This document shows, in pieces, positions 27,330 through 40,000 of a stretch of 64,000 nt of DNA (positions are counted from its first letter, which is position 1; every line of letters begins with the position of its first letter). A program made the translations under genes and the position numbers. The stretch comes from Fimicolochytrium jonesii (Eukaryota), in NCBI RefSeq assembly GCF_025526975.1, contig NW_026515670.1:1550001-1614000 (forward strand), given 5' to 3'. Below the pieces are notes generated by a model. The model did not search any database. It saw nothing but the letters and a program-made list of their open reading frames with translations, and was not told the origin of the DNA.

Positions 27330-30300
27330 TAGCCACGGCGTCCGGATGTTGTTTTGATGTTGGCAGGCTTTGGTCGGGGTTTGTCGGGGTACTTTTGGTG
27401 GAACTGGGCAACAAGCTCTTGACATCGGCAAGGTGTTCCACTGGCTCCCATGTGTTCTCCGAGCTTGGCCAACCCTGCCACTTGATGAGGTACTGAAGGT
27501 GCGTGCGTCGAATACGGGAGTCAAGAATGTCTTCCACAATCCATTCCTCCTGTCCTTCGACTTCTTCTGGTGGGGTGGGTTCTGGCTCAGTTCGCTCCGG
27601 AATGGTGAAACGTGGTTCAAGAAGGGAGACATGGAAGACGTTGTGAATTTTGTAGGATGGGGGAAGCTTGAGGCGATATGTGACCGAGTTGATCTTCTCC
27701 GTGATTGTGAAGGGGCCAATCTTACGGTGATCAAGTTTCTGGGAAGGTCGGAGAGTCTTGAGATTCCGCTGTAAGAGCCAGACACTGTCCCCGGGTTTCA
27801 TGTCTGGGCCAGGTGCCCTCTTAGCATCGGCAAAGCGCTTCATGCGTCCTTGGGCCTCCTTGAGCTCAGTGGCAAGCTGTTCATGGATTTCCTTGAGATG
27901 GTTGGCACGAGCTTCGGCTGCAGGATTAAGGGATTCGGTTGTGGTGGCGGAAGCCAGACTGAATCGAGGATGGAACCCATAGTTGGCGTAGAAGGGGGTT
28001 GTCTGGGTGGCGGAGTGGATGGTGTTATTGTAAGAGAACTCAGCAGAAGACAAGAGTTCCTTCCAGTTATCTTGTTGATAGTTGCAAAAGCAGCGAAGGT
28101 ATTGCTCAAGAATCTGATTGGTCCGCTCGGTTTGTCCATCGCTCTGGGGATGGAACGCCGATGAGAGGTTGACCTTGGTTCCCAGGAGAGCGAAGAGACG
28201 TTTCCAGAAGTGGGAGTTGAACTGTGGGCCACGGTCAGATACAATATCGTCGGGGAGTCCATGGAGCCGGATGACATGGTGCCAGATCAGATCTGCAGTT
28301 GACTCAGCGGTGGCAGTTTTCCTGCACGGTACAAAGTGCGCCATCTTGGTGAACCGGCAGATGACAACGAGCACAGAATCAACCCCATCACTGGCGGGTA
28401 GATCTGTCTTGAGTCCAATGGAAATTGACCCCCAGGGGCGGTCAGGGACCTGCAGGGGTTGGAGGAGACCGTAGGGCTTGTGTCTGCTGGTCTTGGCTTG
28501 AGCACATACGTCGCAGGACCTGATGTAGGACTTGACAAAACGCCACTGGCTAGGCCACCAGTAGTTGCGTGAGATGAGCTCCAGGGTCTTTGACATGCCG
28601 TAGTGTCCTGCCAAACGCGTGTCATGCATGTCCCGGCAGATCTCAGCACGGAGCTTGTTGGTGGGGACGTAGACAAGGTTGTCGTACAGCAGAACCCCAT
28701 TTTCCTCGGAGAATCGCTTTATCCGTTCTTGGTCTTCTTGAGATTGCTGGGCAATGGGGGCCCTAAGCTGTCGCCGGATGGTTTGCGCAAACACATCGGA
28801 TGCCAGGGCAGCTTTGATTTGGTCAAGGAGCGAGGAGTCCAGTGGGGTCAGATAAGTGGCGGCCAGGCGGAGATGGTCAGGGGTGAGGATCGTGGTTTCC
28901 TGGGAGCGGAATGCTTCTTCCCCCTCCCTTAGCTCGTATTCAGAGCGACGAGAGAGGGCGTCAGCTTGGTGTTGCTGGGTACCAGGGCGGTATGTGATGA
29001 CAAAGTCGAAATCAGCAAAGAAGATTGACCAGCGGGATTGGCGGCGGTTGAGGGTACGGGTAGTCATGAAGTACTGGAGGTTCTTGTGGTCACAGTAAAC
29101 GATGACCTTGTGGCGGGCACCAATGAGGATGGTGTCGCCATTGAGCAAATGAGTCTTGGATAGCCAGGAGTTCCTTGTCGTAGATCTCATAGTTGATTTC
29201 CTCAGGAGTAAATTTGCGGGAGTGAAAGGCCACAGGGTGGAGTTGATCTGTGTCATCGGGTTGAAGGAGGACGGCGCCAAGGGCAAAGTCGGAGGCATCG
29301 GATTCGACAATGAAGGGCTTGTCAGGGTCGGGGTGAGTCAGGATAGGTGCGGAGGTGAAGGCTTTCTTGAGGGTTTCAAAAGCTAGGTGTGCAGCGTGGG
29401 TCCATTTGAATGGCAAGTCTTTGCGAGTGAGCGTGGGCAGGGGTGCAACGATCGCAGAGTACCCTTTGATGAATCGCCGGTAGAAGTTGGCAAAACCAAG
29501 GAAGCGCTGGATGCCTTTGACATTCGTCGGGGGTTCCCATTCGGTAATGGCAGCCGTCTTCTTTGGGTCCATGGAAATGCCTTGCTGGGAGATGATAAAC
29601 CCCAGGAACTCAACAGAGTCACGGTTGAATTCGCATTTTTCCGGTTTCGCATACAGCCCGTGCTGGCGGAGTCGTGAGAGCACCTCTCGGACGTGGTTGG
29701 GGTGGTCTTCTGGGTTTTTTGAGAAGATCAGAATGTCGTCAAGGTAGACCACAACAAAAACGTCGAGAATGTCACGGAATATGTCGTTCATGAGGTGTTG
29801 GAATACTCCAGGGGCATTGGTGAGCCCAAACGGCATGACATTATACTCGAATAGGCCGTAGCGACATCGGAACGCTGTCTTCCATTCATCCCCTGGCCGG
29901 ATCCGAAGAAGGTTGTAGGCTCCCCGGAGGTCAATCTTGGTGAGCCGACGTGCCCCTCGAAGACGATCCATGATGCTGTTAATCAAGGGCAAGGGATAGC
30001 GATTCTTGATGGTGATTTTGTTGAGTCCACGATAGTCGACGCACAGACGGAGGGAACCGTCCTTTTTCTTGACAAAGAGGACTGGGGCACCGGCGGGAGA
30101 CTTGGAGTGCTTGATGAACCCCTTAGCTAGGTTCTCTTCAAGGTAGTCACAGAGTGCCTGCATTTCAGGCTCGCTGAGACTATAGATCGGGCCAAACGGT
30201 GGCTGTTTGCCCTCTTCTAAGTCGATGGGACAGTCGTAGGGTCGGTGCTCTGGGAGGGTATCCGCGTTCTTCTTGGCGAAGACGTCCGCAAAATCTTGGT

Positions 30301-30997
30301 ATTCTTCAGGAATGATGGCCTTCGGATCTTTTGGAGGAGTGGTCGCCAGGGCTTGGGAATCTGACTTGGTCGGATTGGCGTAGGCAATGAATGCCTGGTC
30401 ATGCCTTGCCGCCACACGGAAAGCTGGGGCGCTGATAAACGATACGTGGATCGGTGTGGGTGCTGGGTCCAGTGTGTTGGGTGTCTGGGCTAGGGAGACT
30501 GAAATCTCGTCTTGATGGATACGGATCAGAGGTTCAGGGGTTCTTGAGGGCTTCGGGCTAGGTTCTGTTGGCAGGGCATCCCAGGAGGCGTATTGTCCAA
30601 AACCGCAATGGCAGCGGACGCAAAGAGTGCGAGTCTTCCAATGTAGCTCCACATCATGGAGCTCAAACCAGGGAAGCCCCAGGATGATTGGCGCATGCGG
30701 GGAACATGTCACATGGAATACCACCTCCTCAAAGTGGTCGTTGACCCACATGCCCAAAGGTTGGGTGTGATGGGTAATGGAGCCCGCATGGCTGGGACGT
30801 CCGTCAACCAGTTCTAGCGCAATGGGGTCCTCCTTCTTGACAAGTGGGATGCGGTGCTTGCGGGCATAACTTTCGTCGATGAAGCACGACATCGCACCGG
30901 TGTCGAGTAGTGCTGAAAGCTGAACTGGAGCTCGCTGGGCCGATATCTGTAGGGTAACAGGGTACTCGAATGGTGAGGATGGGCCCAAAGTCCGCAT
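27330..30997 (-). pseudogene. pol of the inner element (PR-RT-RH-IN-chromodomain) with frameshifts near 29130 and 27410
   Basis: ORFs 29090-30997 and 27007-29310 join at WRHH/LIGARHK. Chromodomain EEWIVEDILDSR...YLIKWQGWPSSENTWEP. Confidence 0.9.
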
Positions 30998-31155
30998 GGG
31001 TGAGGGTATCTCAGATAGGAGATTGACACTGTTGGTGGTCAGGAGAAGGGTGTTGCTGGAGATGCCAGGATCGGAGCAAGGTTTTGTGGCTTCTCCCTTG
31101 GCAGTACTTGCGTGGTGAGAAGGCCCAGGACAGGTGTTGCCCAGCTGCTCGGCCT

Positions 31156-32082
31156 TTACTGCAGCTGGACTTGGGCAAAATCCTGGATGGGTGCAGGTTC
31201 CTTAACCGCGACATTCGCCGTGCGTATCTTGTTCGGGCAGAGTTTGGCTATGTGGCCGGGTTTACCACAGTAGAGGCAAAGTTTGTTTGTGATGCGGTGT
31301 TGGCGCTCTAGCGGTGTGAGGGGTCCTCGTGGACGAGCAGCGTCAACGATCATAGGGTCGTCTGGACGGTTGTCGGGGCTCATGAGGGTGGGGCTAGTGG
31401 TAACTGGCACATATGGCTGTCGGTTCCTGCTTCGCTCTAGACGGCGCTCAAACAATTGGTTGTCACATTGGATGGCCTGTTCCATCACGGTGTCGATTGA
31501 GGCGGTAGGGGGCATCGTGAGCATTAAGTCCTTGACGTCTTCTTTGAGGCCGCGACAAAAGGTGGCAATCAATGCCTGGTCATTCCACGACACATCGCAT
31601 TGCAGCTGTCGGAATTCAGCTACATACTCTGTTGCTGCACGGGTTTGTCGAAGGTTCTGGAGCTTGTTTTCGGACGTGCGGATCCTGTCGCTGTCTCCAA
31701 AGACTGCTTGCATTTGCTGGATGAAATCATCCAGGTTCGTAAGGGAATGATGGTCTTGTTCGACAAGGGGCGCCAGCCAGGCCTGGGCGGTGCCAGTGAG
31801 GTAGGTGCCAATAGTTCGTATCTTGGTCTGATCGTTGGGGTAGCGCCTGGGTTGGAGGGCGAACATGAGCCGGATCTGGTTGAGGAACCCACGGAACTTG
31901 CTTCGGGTGCCATCAAATTTGTCTGGGAGACTGATTTTGGGTTCGGGGGCGTGGGTGGCAGGGGCAGTGGTCTGGGTTTGCGCTAGTTCGGCTTGTAGGG
32001 TGGTATTCTGTGCTCGAAGTTCGTCAATCGCATTGCACATGGCTTGCCAGGCTTCGGCCGTGAGGGGAAGGGCGTCGGACAT
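31156..32082 (-). CDS. Gag of the inner element (intact)
   Basis: EPKISLPDKFDG, LRQTRAATEYVAEF, CCHC knuckle CLYCGKPGHIAKLC. Confidence 0.95.
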   Translation of the reverse strand: MSDALPLTAEAWQAMCNAIDELRAQNTTLQAELAQTQTTAPATHAPEPKISLPDKFDGTRSKFRGFLNQIRLMFALQPRRYPNDQTKIRTIGTYLTGTAQAWLAPLVEQDHHSLTNLDDFIQQMQAVFGDSDRIRTSENKLQNLRQTRAATEYVAEFRQLQCDVSWNDQALIATFCRGLKEDVKDLMLTMPPTASIDTVMEQAIQCDNQLFERRLERSRNRQPYVPVTTSPTLMSPDNRPDDPMIVDAARPRGPLTPLERQHRITNKLCLYCGKPGHIAKLCPNKIRTANVAVKEPAPIQDFAQVQLQ

Positions 32083-35000
32083 GGTGATTTGGCGTGGAGG
32101 TACAGCGGCTGGGGGTTGTTGAGCAGATCAAACTGTTATGAATGGGCGGAGCCGATGGAAATAGAGGCGACTTGTGGTGCAGGTTGTTGACAGGTAATGG
32201 TATTCAGACCGAAACAAGAACTAGAAACAAGACTAGGACGAACTGGTGTTGATCTGCTGGGGAATCAGGAAGTGGGGAGCTCAGGGGAGGCGGCTATTTA
32301 TGTTCTTCTGGGAAGGCTGGGGAAGCGTGGGGAAGCAGAAGGGTACGGAATGAGAGGGAAGCCAAGAGAAGCGCGAAGGGTGGGGAAGCATAGAAACAGA
32401 AAACTGGGGATGGGGTGGCTACGCTGAGGCTGTGGGCGGGTACGTGGGGAAGTATGGAGAAGGGTTTGTAAGCGCCGAGTGTTGGGAGGTGTGGCTACGT
32501 GCGGCTGCGTGGAGAAATGAAGGCAGTGGCAGGTGTGGGGTAGCGCGGCTGCGTGCGGCTGCAAGGTTTGGCAGATGTCAGGTTTTGACAGGGAATTGAC
32601 ATTGACTGACTGTTGGGATGCTGTCATGAGGTAAGCGCATGGTATGGACGCGTCGTCCATAACACGAGATAGTCACGGAAGATGTCGTTCATCAGGTACT
32701 GGAAAACGCCAGGAGCATTGCTGAGTCCAAAGGGCATGACATTGTATTCGAATAGGCCGTAGCGGCAGCGGAAAGCGGTCTTCCATTCATCGCCCTGGGC
32801 GCATGCGTAAGAGGTTGTAAGCGCCGCGGAGGTCGATCTTGGTGAGACGGCGGGCACCGCGCAACCGGTCCATGATACCGTTGATCAGGGGCAGGGGGTA
32901 GCAATTCTTCACCGTAATGCTGTTGAGGCCTCGATAATCGACGCAGAGGCGGAGAGAACCGTCCTTTTTCTTCACGAATAAGACTGGCGCACCGGCAGGG
33001 GACTTTGAGGGTTTGATGAATCCTTTGGCGAGGTTTTCTTTGAGGTATTCGCAGAGTGCCTTCATTTCTGGTTTGCTGAGGCTGTAGATCAGGCCGAACG
33101 GTGGCTGCTTGCCTTCTTCCAGATCGATTGGACAGTTGTAGGGCCGGTGCTCGGGGAAAGTGTCAGCATTTTTCTTTTCAAAAACGTCAGCATTTTTCTT
33201 TTCGAAAACGTCGGCAAAATCTTGATATTCGGGGGACAGGAAGTCGATGATGTCTTTCTCGGGTGTTGGGAGGGTACTTGGGCTGGGCAAGGCCGGGAGC
33301 TCGGGTTTCGCAGGGTTGGCGTAGGCGACAAAGACCTGGTCATGCCTTGCTGTGACCTGGAAGGCTGGGGCGGAGATGAACGAGACTCGGAGCGGCGTGG
33401 GAGCCGGTTCTGGGGTGCTGGAGCAAGATACCTTGGGTACTGGGATCGACCATGTTTCGTTGACGGGGACTTCATCCTGGGGGATGCGGAGCAAGGGCTC
33501 GGGGGTTCTGGCGGGTGCTGGGCTCGGGGGTGCTGGAGAGTGGTCCCAAGTCGCAAATTCATGGTCCTGACAGTCGCAACGGAAACCGACCAAAAGGTTC
33601 TTGAAGTCAAGGTTAATGTCGTGGAGGCGGAGCCAGGGGAGATCAAGGAGGATTGGAGCATGGGGTGATTTGGTGACATGGAAGACGAGTTCTTTGAAGT
33701 GGTCGTTGACCCACATGCCTACTGGTTGGGTGTGATGGGTGATTGGTCCAGCAGAGCTGGGTTGACCGTCAACGAGTTTGATTGTCAGGGGACGCTGAGG
33801 TTGGACTAGGGGGATGCGGTGCTTGCGGGCAAAGTCCCTCGTCGATGAAGCAGGACAGGGCCCCATTGTCGATCATGGCTGAGGTAGGTATCGGGGCACG
33901 GCTGGATGATACCAAGATGGTAACGGGGTAGTTGAAGGGTTTGGCAGGACCCAGCGCAAGCATGGCGCGTGGGTTAATTTCGGAGTTTTCGCATTGGCGG
34001 CGGCTAGGAGGGTTGTGTCGGCTATAACGGAGTCAGGAACCCGGGGGGTGGCCTCTTCCGTTGCAGGAGCTGCGAGGTCAGGAGGCCCGGAGGAGTGTGT
34101 GTTGTCCAGTCGCTGGGGCTTTACTGCGGCTGGACCTTGAGAAAACCCTGTTCCGTGGAGGGTTCTTTGATGTCGACGCTGGCGGCACGGGTGGTGGTCT
34201 TGTTCTTGGCTGGGCAGGCCTTTGCAATGTGCCCCGCGCCACCGCAGTAAAGGCAGAGGTTGTTGGAAATGCGGCGTTGGCGTTCCTGGGGGCTCAGAGG
34301 GCCGCGGGGACGGGCGGCGTCAATCTGCATGGGCTTGCTGTGGTCGACGGTGGTGGTAGTGGTAAACGAGGTATGGGGAACTGGGAAGGTCTGGCGGGTT
34401 CTGTTTCGTTCCAGGCGGCCATCAAACAGTCAGTTATCGCACTGGATAGCCTGCTCCATCACCGTATCAATGGTGGCAGCAGGGGGCATCGTGAGCATCA
34501 GATCCTTGACGTGCTCTTTGAGGCCACGGCGGAAGGTGGCAATCAGGGCCTGGTCATTCCAGGAGACATCGCATTGTAGCTGGCGGAACTTGGCGACATA
34601 CTCGGTGGCTGCACCGGTTTGGCGAAGGTTCTGGAGCTTGTTCTCGGAGGTGCGGACCCTGTTGCTGTCTCCGAAGACAGATTGCATCTGACCGATAAAA
34701 CTATCGAAGTTCTGAAGGCTGTGAGCTTGGCGTTCGACTAGGGGCCCCATCCAGGCTTGCGCAGTGCCGGTGAGGTAGGTGCCAATCGTTTGGATTTTGA
34801 TGATGTCGCTGGGGTAGCGGACGGGCTGGAGAGCAAACATCAACCGGATGTTGTTTAGCCACCCACGGAATTTGCTGCGGGTACCATCAAACTTCTCAGG
34901 CGAGCTGAGTCTTGGCTCCAGAGCTCCGGGAGCAGGGTTGGTGGCTTGAGGACGGGTGTACGCATCGGCTTGAACCTGGGCAGCAATGTTCTGGGCAGCT

Positions 35001-35810
35001 TGTGCGTCGGCTTGGGCTTGCGCTAGGTTGGTCTGGAAGTTGGCGTTTTGGCTTTGCAAGGCGGCGATGGCTTGGCACATATCATTCCATTGCTCGGCGG
35101 TGAAAGGTACGGATTCGGATTGGGACATGGCGAAAAAAGTGTGGCGGATGCAGGGCTGGACAGGTTCTGAACTTTGCAGTGTTGGAGCAGATCAAACTGT
35201 TATGATCTCGACGACTGAGGCGAAAGCGAAGTACAGAAGACAAGGCAAGAGTGATAGGCGACAAGAGATTGTATTGGCAAAACAAGAAACAAGGACTAGA
35301 ACAGGAGATGAGAAGAACTGGTGTTGATCTGCTGGGGAGGAAGGGAATGGACGAAGAGAGGCCGGCTATTTATAGATAGGTAACCCAGCAGGCCAGAGAA
35401 CAACAACAACAAGAGGGGACTGGGGGGTCGCCAGCTATGCTCCTAGAGCGTGCGTGGCGAGCGTAGAGAGCATTGCTACAGCTGCTGGCTATGGAGAAGT
35501 AGTGGGGGTGTGGAGAAGCCGAGGGGGGATTGGCGAAATGAGAGGAGAGAGGAGGAGTGGCGAGATTGCGGGAGGATTGGCGAAATGAGAGGAGAGAGGG
35601 GGAGTGGCATTGACATTGACATTGACACTGACATTGACACTGACATTGACATTGACATTGGCGTTTGACATTGGCGGTTGACATCGGCGGCTGTCGGTAG
35701 GTAGGCTTATGGTATGGGCGCGTCGTCCATAACACAGGACAAACCGGCGTGCAACAGGACCTTGGGCAGCCGGAGCGGGACGAAGGGGGAGAAAGTAGGA
35801 AGCCGAGCCT

Positions 35811-35913
35811 GGGGGCAGCGGTGAGGGCGGGGGCAGCGGTGAGGCCGGAGGCAGCGGTGAGGCCGGAGGCAGCGGTGAGGCAGGGGGCAGCGGTGAGGCC
35901 AGGGGCAGTGAGG
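35811..35913 (+). repeat. 18-bp minisatellite (GGCAGCGGTGAGGCCGGA-like, about 6 units)
   Basis: Repeats seen directly. Confidence 0.9.
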
Positions 35914-37223
35914 GTTTTGAAGCAAGGGAACCAGTATCGATACAGCACGGATTGTATTGACGTGAAGAGCTCTTCTCGATTCTATCGTGCGCCGTGGCCG
36001 GTTTTGGCTCGGGCAGAGGCAATGGGGAGGGATTTCTTCTTTGGCGAGGGAGCGACGCAGGCAATTGTTTGTGGGGCATGTTGGACGGCTTGGAGGCGAG
36101 TGGGGGTGTTTCGACATGAGGGCCTGGGGGTGGACAAAGGCATACAGACAGATGTTATCAACGATGTTTTTCAGCATGACCGCTGGCTTGCCTTGCTGGA
36201 TATGTTCATCGACGCAGGACAGAAGAAGTCCTCAAGGCAACAAAGCACGGATCAAGGAAGATTGGTTTCTATGAGCTTCGGCGACCCGGGCTGCCCCCAC
36301 TTAGTGCCCCAGCGAAGCGACCAAAGAAGAAATCACGAGTTACCCTTGAAACTTTCCCCCCCATACCCGTTCCGCCGCCACCGCAACCCTCGCGAGCGAC
36401 CAAGATTTCAGAGATGCTGCCGCCTCTCCCGCTGCGGCGTTCCCCAGTCGTACAGCTCAATACGGACATCCCAATTCACCAGTTTCAGATTTCCGCTTTG
36501 CCCAATTCACGGCAGGATCCGATCACGCCAACGACCGCCCTTCCGCCGCTAGCCTCGTGCGGGTGCCCGGAGACATTTATTGGACCTGAGGGAATGTGTC
36601 AGAACTGCCAGGGTATGTTTATCAAAATTAGTACGGACACGATGGCGTGGTTTGCACGCAATATGGAGTTACGACGGCCGAGGCGTAATTTTAGTATTAG
36701 AACATATAAGTTTTGAGCAACTTTGTACATCCATATCATATCTGCGGCAAGCCGGATCACCTTGAGCGATTATAATTTTTTGTGGATTGTATCCTAGTCC
36801 CTGACAGTGTACTGCCTCATGACCGTACGGACGTTGCGCCGTGCACAACGGCACTCCAAAAAACAGCGTCCAAAAATCTGGAATGGCTTTACAAAACCTG
36901 CTGTAACTCAGCCGTTTCGGAACTTTTTTGAAATATTTTTGATGATTCTGATAGCCCTGCCAATTCCGCCGAAGTCCCGCACCAACGGCCCTCGCGCGTT
37001 GCCCTTCCGTGTCCAGCGGTGTGCGTTGAAAAAGAGGAAGCTTGTTTTTTTGGGGGGGCGGAAAACGGCGAGACGCGTAATAGTGTCAGTTGCTGTCAAA
37101 CCACGGGTCGGCCTGAGCTAACCCTTTCCCTCCCTGGCTTCGTCATTACTGCTTTCCCTTGGCTTGTACTGCTTTCCCTCCTCGTGCATCTCTTCGTTCG
37201 TGGGCAACTTGCGTTAGCGTACT

Positions 37224-39564
37224 ATGACCCTCTATCTCGGCAGAGCAGCCACAGAAGCTCCCCGTCTCTCGCTTCGGCTTCATCGTCCGCTACTCGCCAC
37301 CGCCACTCAACTTATATCTCGTCGAAGTCAGTCATCCCGCCAGGCTATCTGTTCCAGCAGAATGATAACGCAAACGAACGACGTTGCCTCGGCTGGTGTG
37401 CGAGGGGCCGCGACCGTGTCAGGCAGCAACAAGCAACCCTCTTCGGGAGACCGTGACTACTCCAAATTCTTTACTGAGCGCAGTGCGGCTAGGCAGCCCT
37501 CGGCTATCCGGACTCTTCAACCTCTTATGACTTTGCCAGGAATGGTATGTGTGTGTCATCTAGGCCACGGTGAGCGACGCGAGGGAGGAGCAAGCTGGAC
37601 GCGTGGGGATGCTGGAGGTTGGTGAGCGACAGCGGGTTGCGAGCGAAGCGGCCAACGGTGGTTGTCTGCGGCGAGCAAAGGGAGTGCAGACCGGGGTTCA
37701 TTCAGTGTGGGAGACCGGCGTAGCGAGTCCCCTAACCGCGGCTTAGCGAGCTTCAGCGAGCGTTAAGATCTTTTACGAGCGAAGCGAGCACCATATTGCG
37801 CTAAAGGCGCGATACTCCCCTCACTCACCAGCCCAACTACCTTGTCGCGGGCGGAGCGAACAGGGTTTCGTTTAACCGTCCAACCATCCAACCATCCGTT
37901 AGCAAGCGTTGAATCCTGACTCTTCCTATTCGTCTAGATCTCATTGGGCGGAGGAAACCCCAACACGGTCACATTCCCTTTCCAAGACCTAACATTCACA
38001 CTCAAGCCCGAAGCGGGTGGTGGCGAGGTACGCGTCGGCGCAGAGGATGTGCAGAAGGCCTTGCAGTACAGTCCCACGGTAGGTTGGCATTCTTAAATCA
38101 TTAGAGTCGAAGATGCGAGCATTGGCTTATCGATGGAGTCTTCTGCCCACACAGAACGGATTACCAGAGTTCGTAGCGTGGCTGAAGGACCTACAAACGA
38201 CGGTGCATCAGCCGCCGTATCAGGACTACCACATCTGCGTGGGAAATGGAAGTCAGGACGTGCTGACGAAGGTGCCCGCGTTGCATTCTAGAATGGTCCA
38301 AAAATGCTGGATGCTGATGAACTTATGGCCGAATACTAGGCATTTGAAATGCTTTTGGACAAGGGAGACAGTCTCTTGATTGAGGCACCGGCATACGTCG
38401 GCTCATTGGCTTTCCTCAAACCGCTGGGCTGCAAGTTCGTTGGTATGGATTGGGCCCATCGTGCACGCATCGTGCCTCGCTATAGCCCACCATTGACCCC
38501 TTTCCATTGGATATCAAAACAGAGATTCCGGTTGACGCACAAGGACTGGATCCAGAAAAGCTGGAAAGCACCCTACGCGAGTGGAAAGATCCCAGCACGC
38601 GACCGAAAGTGCTGTACACCGTCCCAACAGGAGGAAACCCCACTGGCATCAGCACCAGCACGGAACGCAAACGCAGGATATACGATATTGCAAAGCAGTA
38701 CGATATCATCATCCTGGAGGATGATCCGTACTACTATCTACAGGTATGTTGGCCATCGGTGCTTTCTGAGCATGCAATCGATCATTTTGCTGAACACACC
38801 TCCACCAAACACACACAGTTCCAGACCCCCCGCGCCCCAACCTACTTCTCCCTCGACACCGACCGCCGGGTCCTCCGCTTCGACTCCCTCTCCAAAATCC
38901 TCTCCGCGGGCATGCGTCTCGGCTGGGTCTCCGGCCCCAAACCGCTCGTAGACCGCATCGTCCTGCACGGACAGACCACCCTCCTGCACCCTTCGGGCGT
39001 CTCCCAGATGCTCGCGTACCAGTTGTTGAATGTGTGGGGCGTCGAGGGGTTTTTGCAGCATACGGAGCGGGTGACAGAGTTTTATAGGGAGAGGAGGGAT
39101 GCGTTTTTGGGGAGTGCGGAGAGGTGGTTGAAGGGGTGCGCGGAGTGGAGTGTTCCTGATGCTGGTAAGGACCGACCCGTCTGGGCTGGTGGGAGTGAGA
39201 AACCCATCAGGCGAGCATTCTGACCTCAATTTCTCCTCTTCCAAATGCATCAGGCATGTTCTTCTGGATCAAACTGCTCGGCATATCCGACTCATCCGAT
39301 CTCATTCGGACAAAAGCCAAGGAGAAGAAAGTCCTCCTCGTCCCCGGTCATGTAAGCCCGCCTCATCTGTTGTATACATATACATAGCTCATCCCCACCC
39401 ATCGCCTGCCCTGACCTTCATCCCTCTCCCACATCTAGGAATTCTTCCCAAACCCGCGCAAGACACCGTACGTCCGCGCGTCGTATTCGACCAGCGATCC
39501 GGCGGATATGGACGAGGCGCTGAAACGATTGGCGGAGCTTGTTAGGGATGAGACTCGTAAATGA
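37224..39564 (+). CDS. PLP-dependent 2-aminoadipate/aromatic aminotransferase (Aro8/AADAT family), 8 exons
   Basis: RQPSAIR, ISLGGGNPN, ALQYSPT, LYTVPTGGNPTG, ILEDDPYYYLQ, RFDSLSKILSAGMRLGW, PDAGMFFWIKL, VRASYS. Confidence 0.93.
37545..37937 (+). repeat. Intronic hairpin-repeat family copy (aminotransferase intron 1)
   Basis: AGATCTTTTACGAGCGAAGCGA, ATTGCGCTAAAGGCGC, CCTTGTCGCGGGCGGAGCGAACAGGGTTTCGTTT. Confidence 0.9.
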
Positions 39565-40000
39565 GGGTCGTCGCGGTTGAGGTAGAGGCAGACCGTAGGT
39601 GCTGCGAAGTGTACGTGTAGGGACATCGTCTTTCGGGCTCCGATTGGCTGTACATAGATCCATTTGTCTCTTGGTTTCCCAAAGCTGTTGGCATAGACAT
39701 TATTGCTGCCGAGAGACGTGCGCTCCTATAGCTGTGCGGGTTAGGGTAGCTGCTGAAGTGTCCGGACGGTACAGTACAAGCTTCCTTTCGCGGATAGCTC
39801 GGACATCTCGGACATAGCTGCGCGTGGTCGACGAACACCTTTTCCCTCCAGCATCTTTTCAAGATCAAGACCAAGATTCCGTGGCCCATTCGTCCTTCAC
39901 ATCGTCGTCGCTCTGTCGCCCGCACGCTCTTTCGGAGGAGGAGAAGGAGAAGGAGGTATCGCCGACAAGGGTGGAGCATTGCGTCGTCAATACAACGAGG

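Larger units (their letters stand above)
26723..32664 (-). mobile_element. Inner Ty3/Gypsy chromovirus, near full length
   Basis: LTRs 26723-27316 and 32134-32664, PPT AAAGGAGGGGGTGA, gag and pol with PR (LLDTGA), RT (YLDDILI), RNase H, integrase (HHCC, SDRG) and chromodomain. Confidence 0.97.
26065..35734 (-). mobile_element. Outer Ty3/Gypsy chromovirus (degenerate; much of pol deleted)
   Basis: LTRs 26065-26588 and 35198-35734 (TG...CA), TSD CAGGA at 26060-26064 and 35735-35739, and a PPT next to the 3' LTR. gag 35128-34121 has an internal stop at 34430. PR/RT is frameshifted (33963-32665). Confidence 0.95.

Noticed and set aside
35749..36552. 267-aa plus-strand ORF beside the LTR, and possible gene disrupted by the insertion
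   Set aside because: Partly opened by the 18-bp minisatellite. No recognisable domain, and joining across the TSD gave no clean frame.
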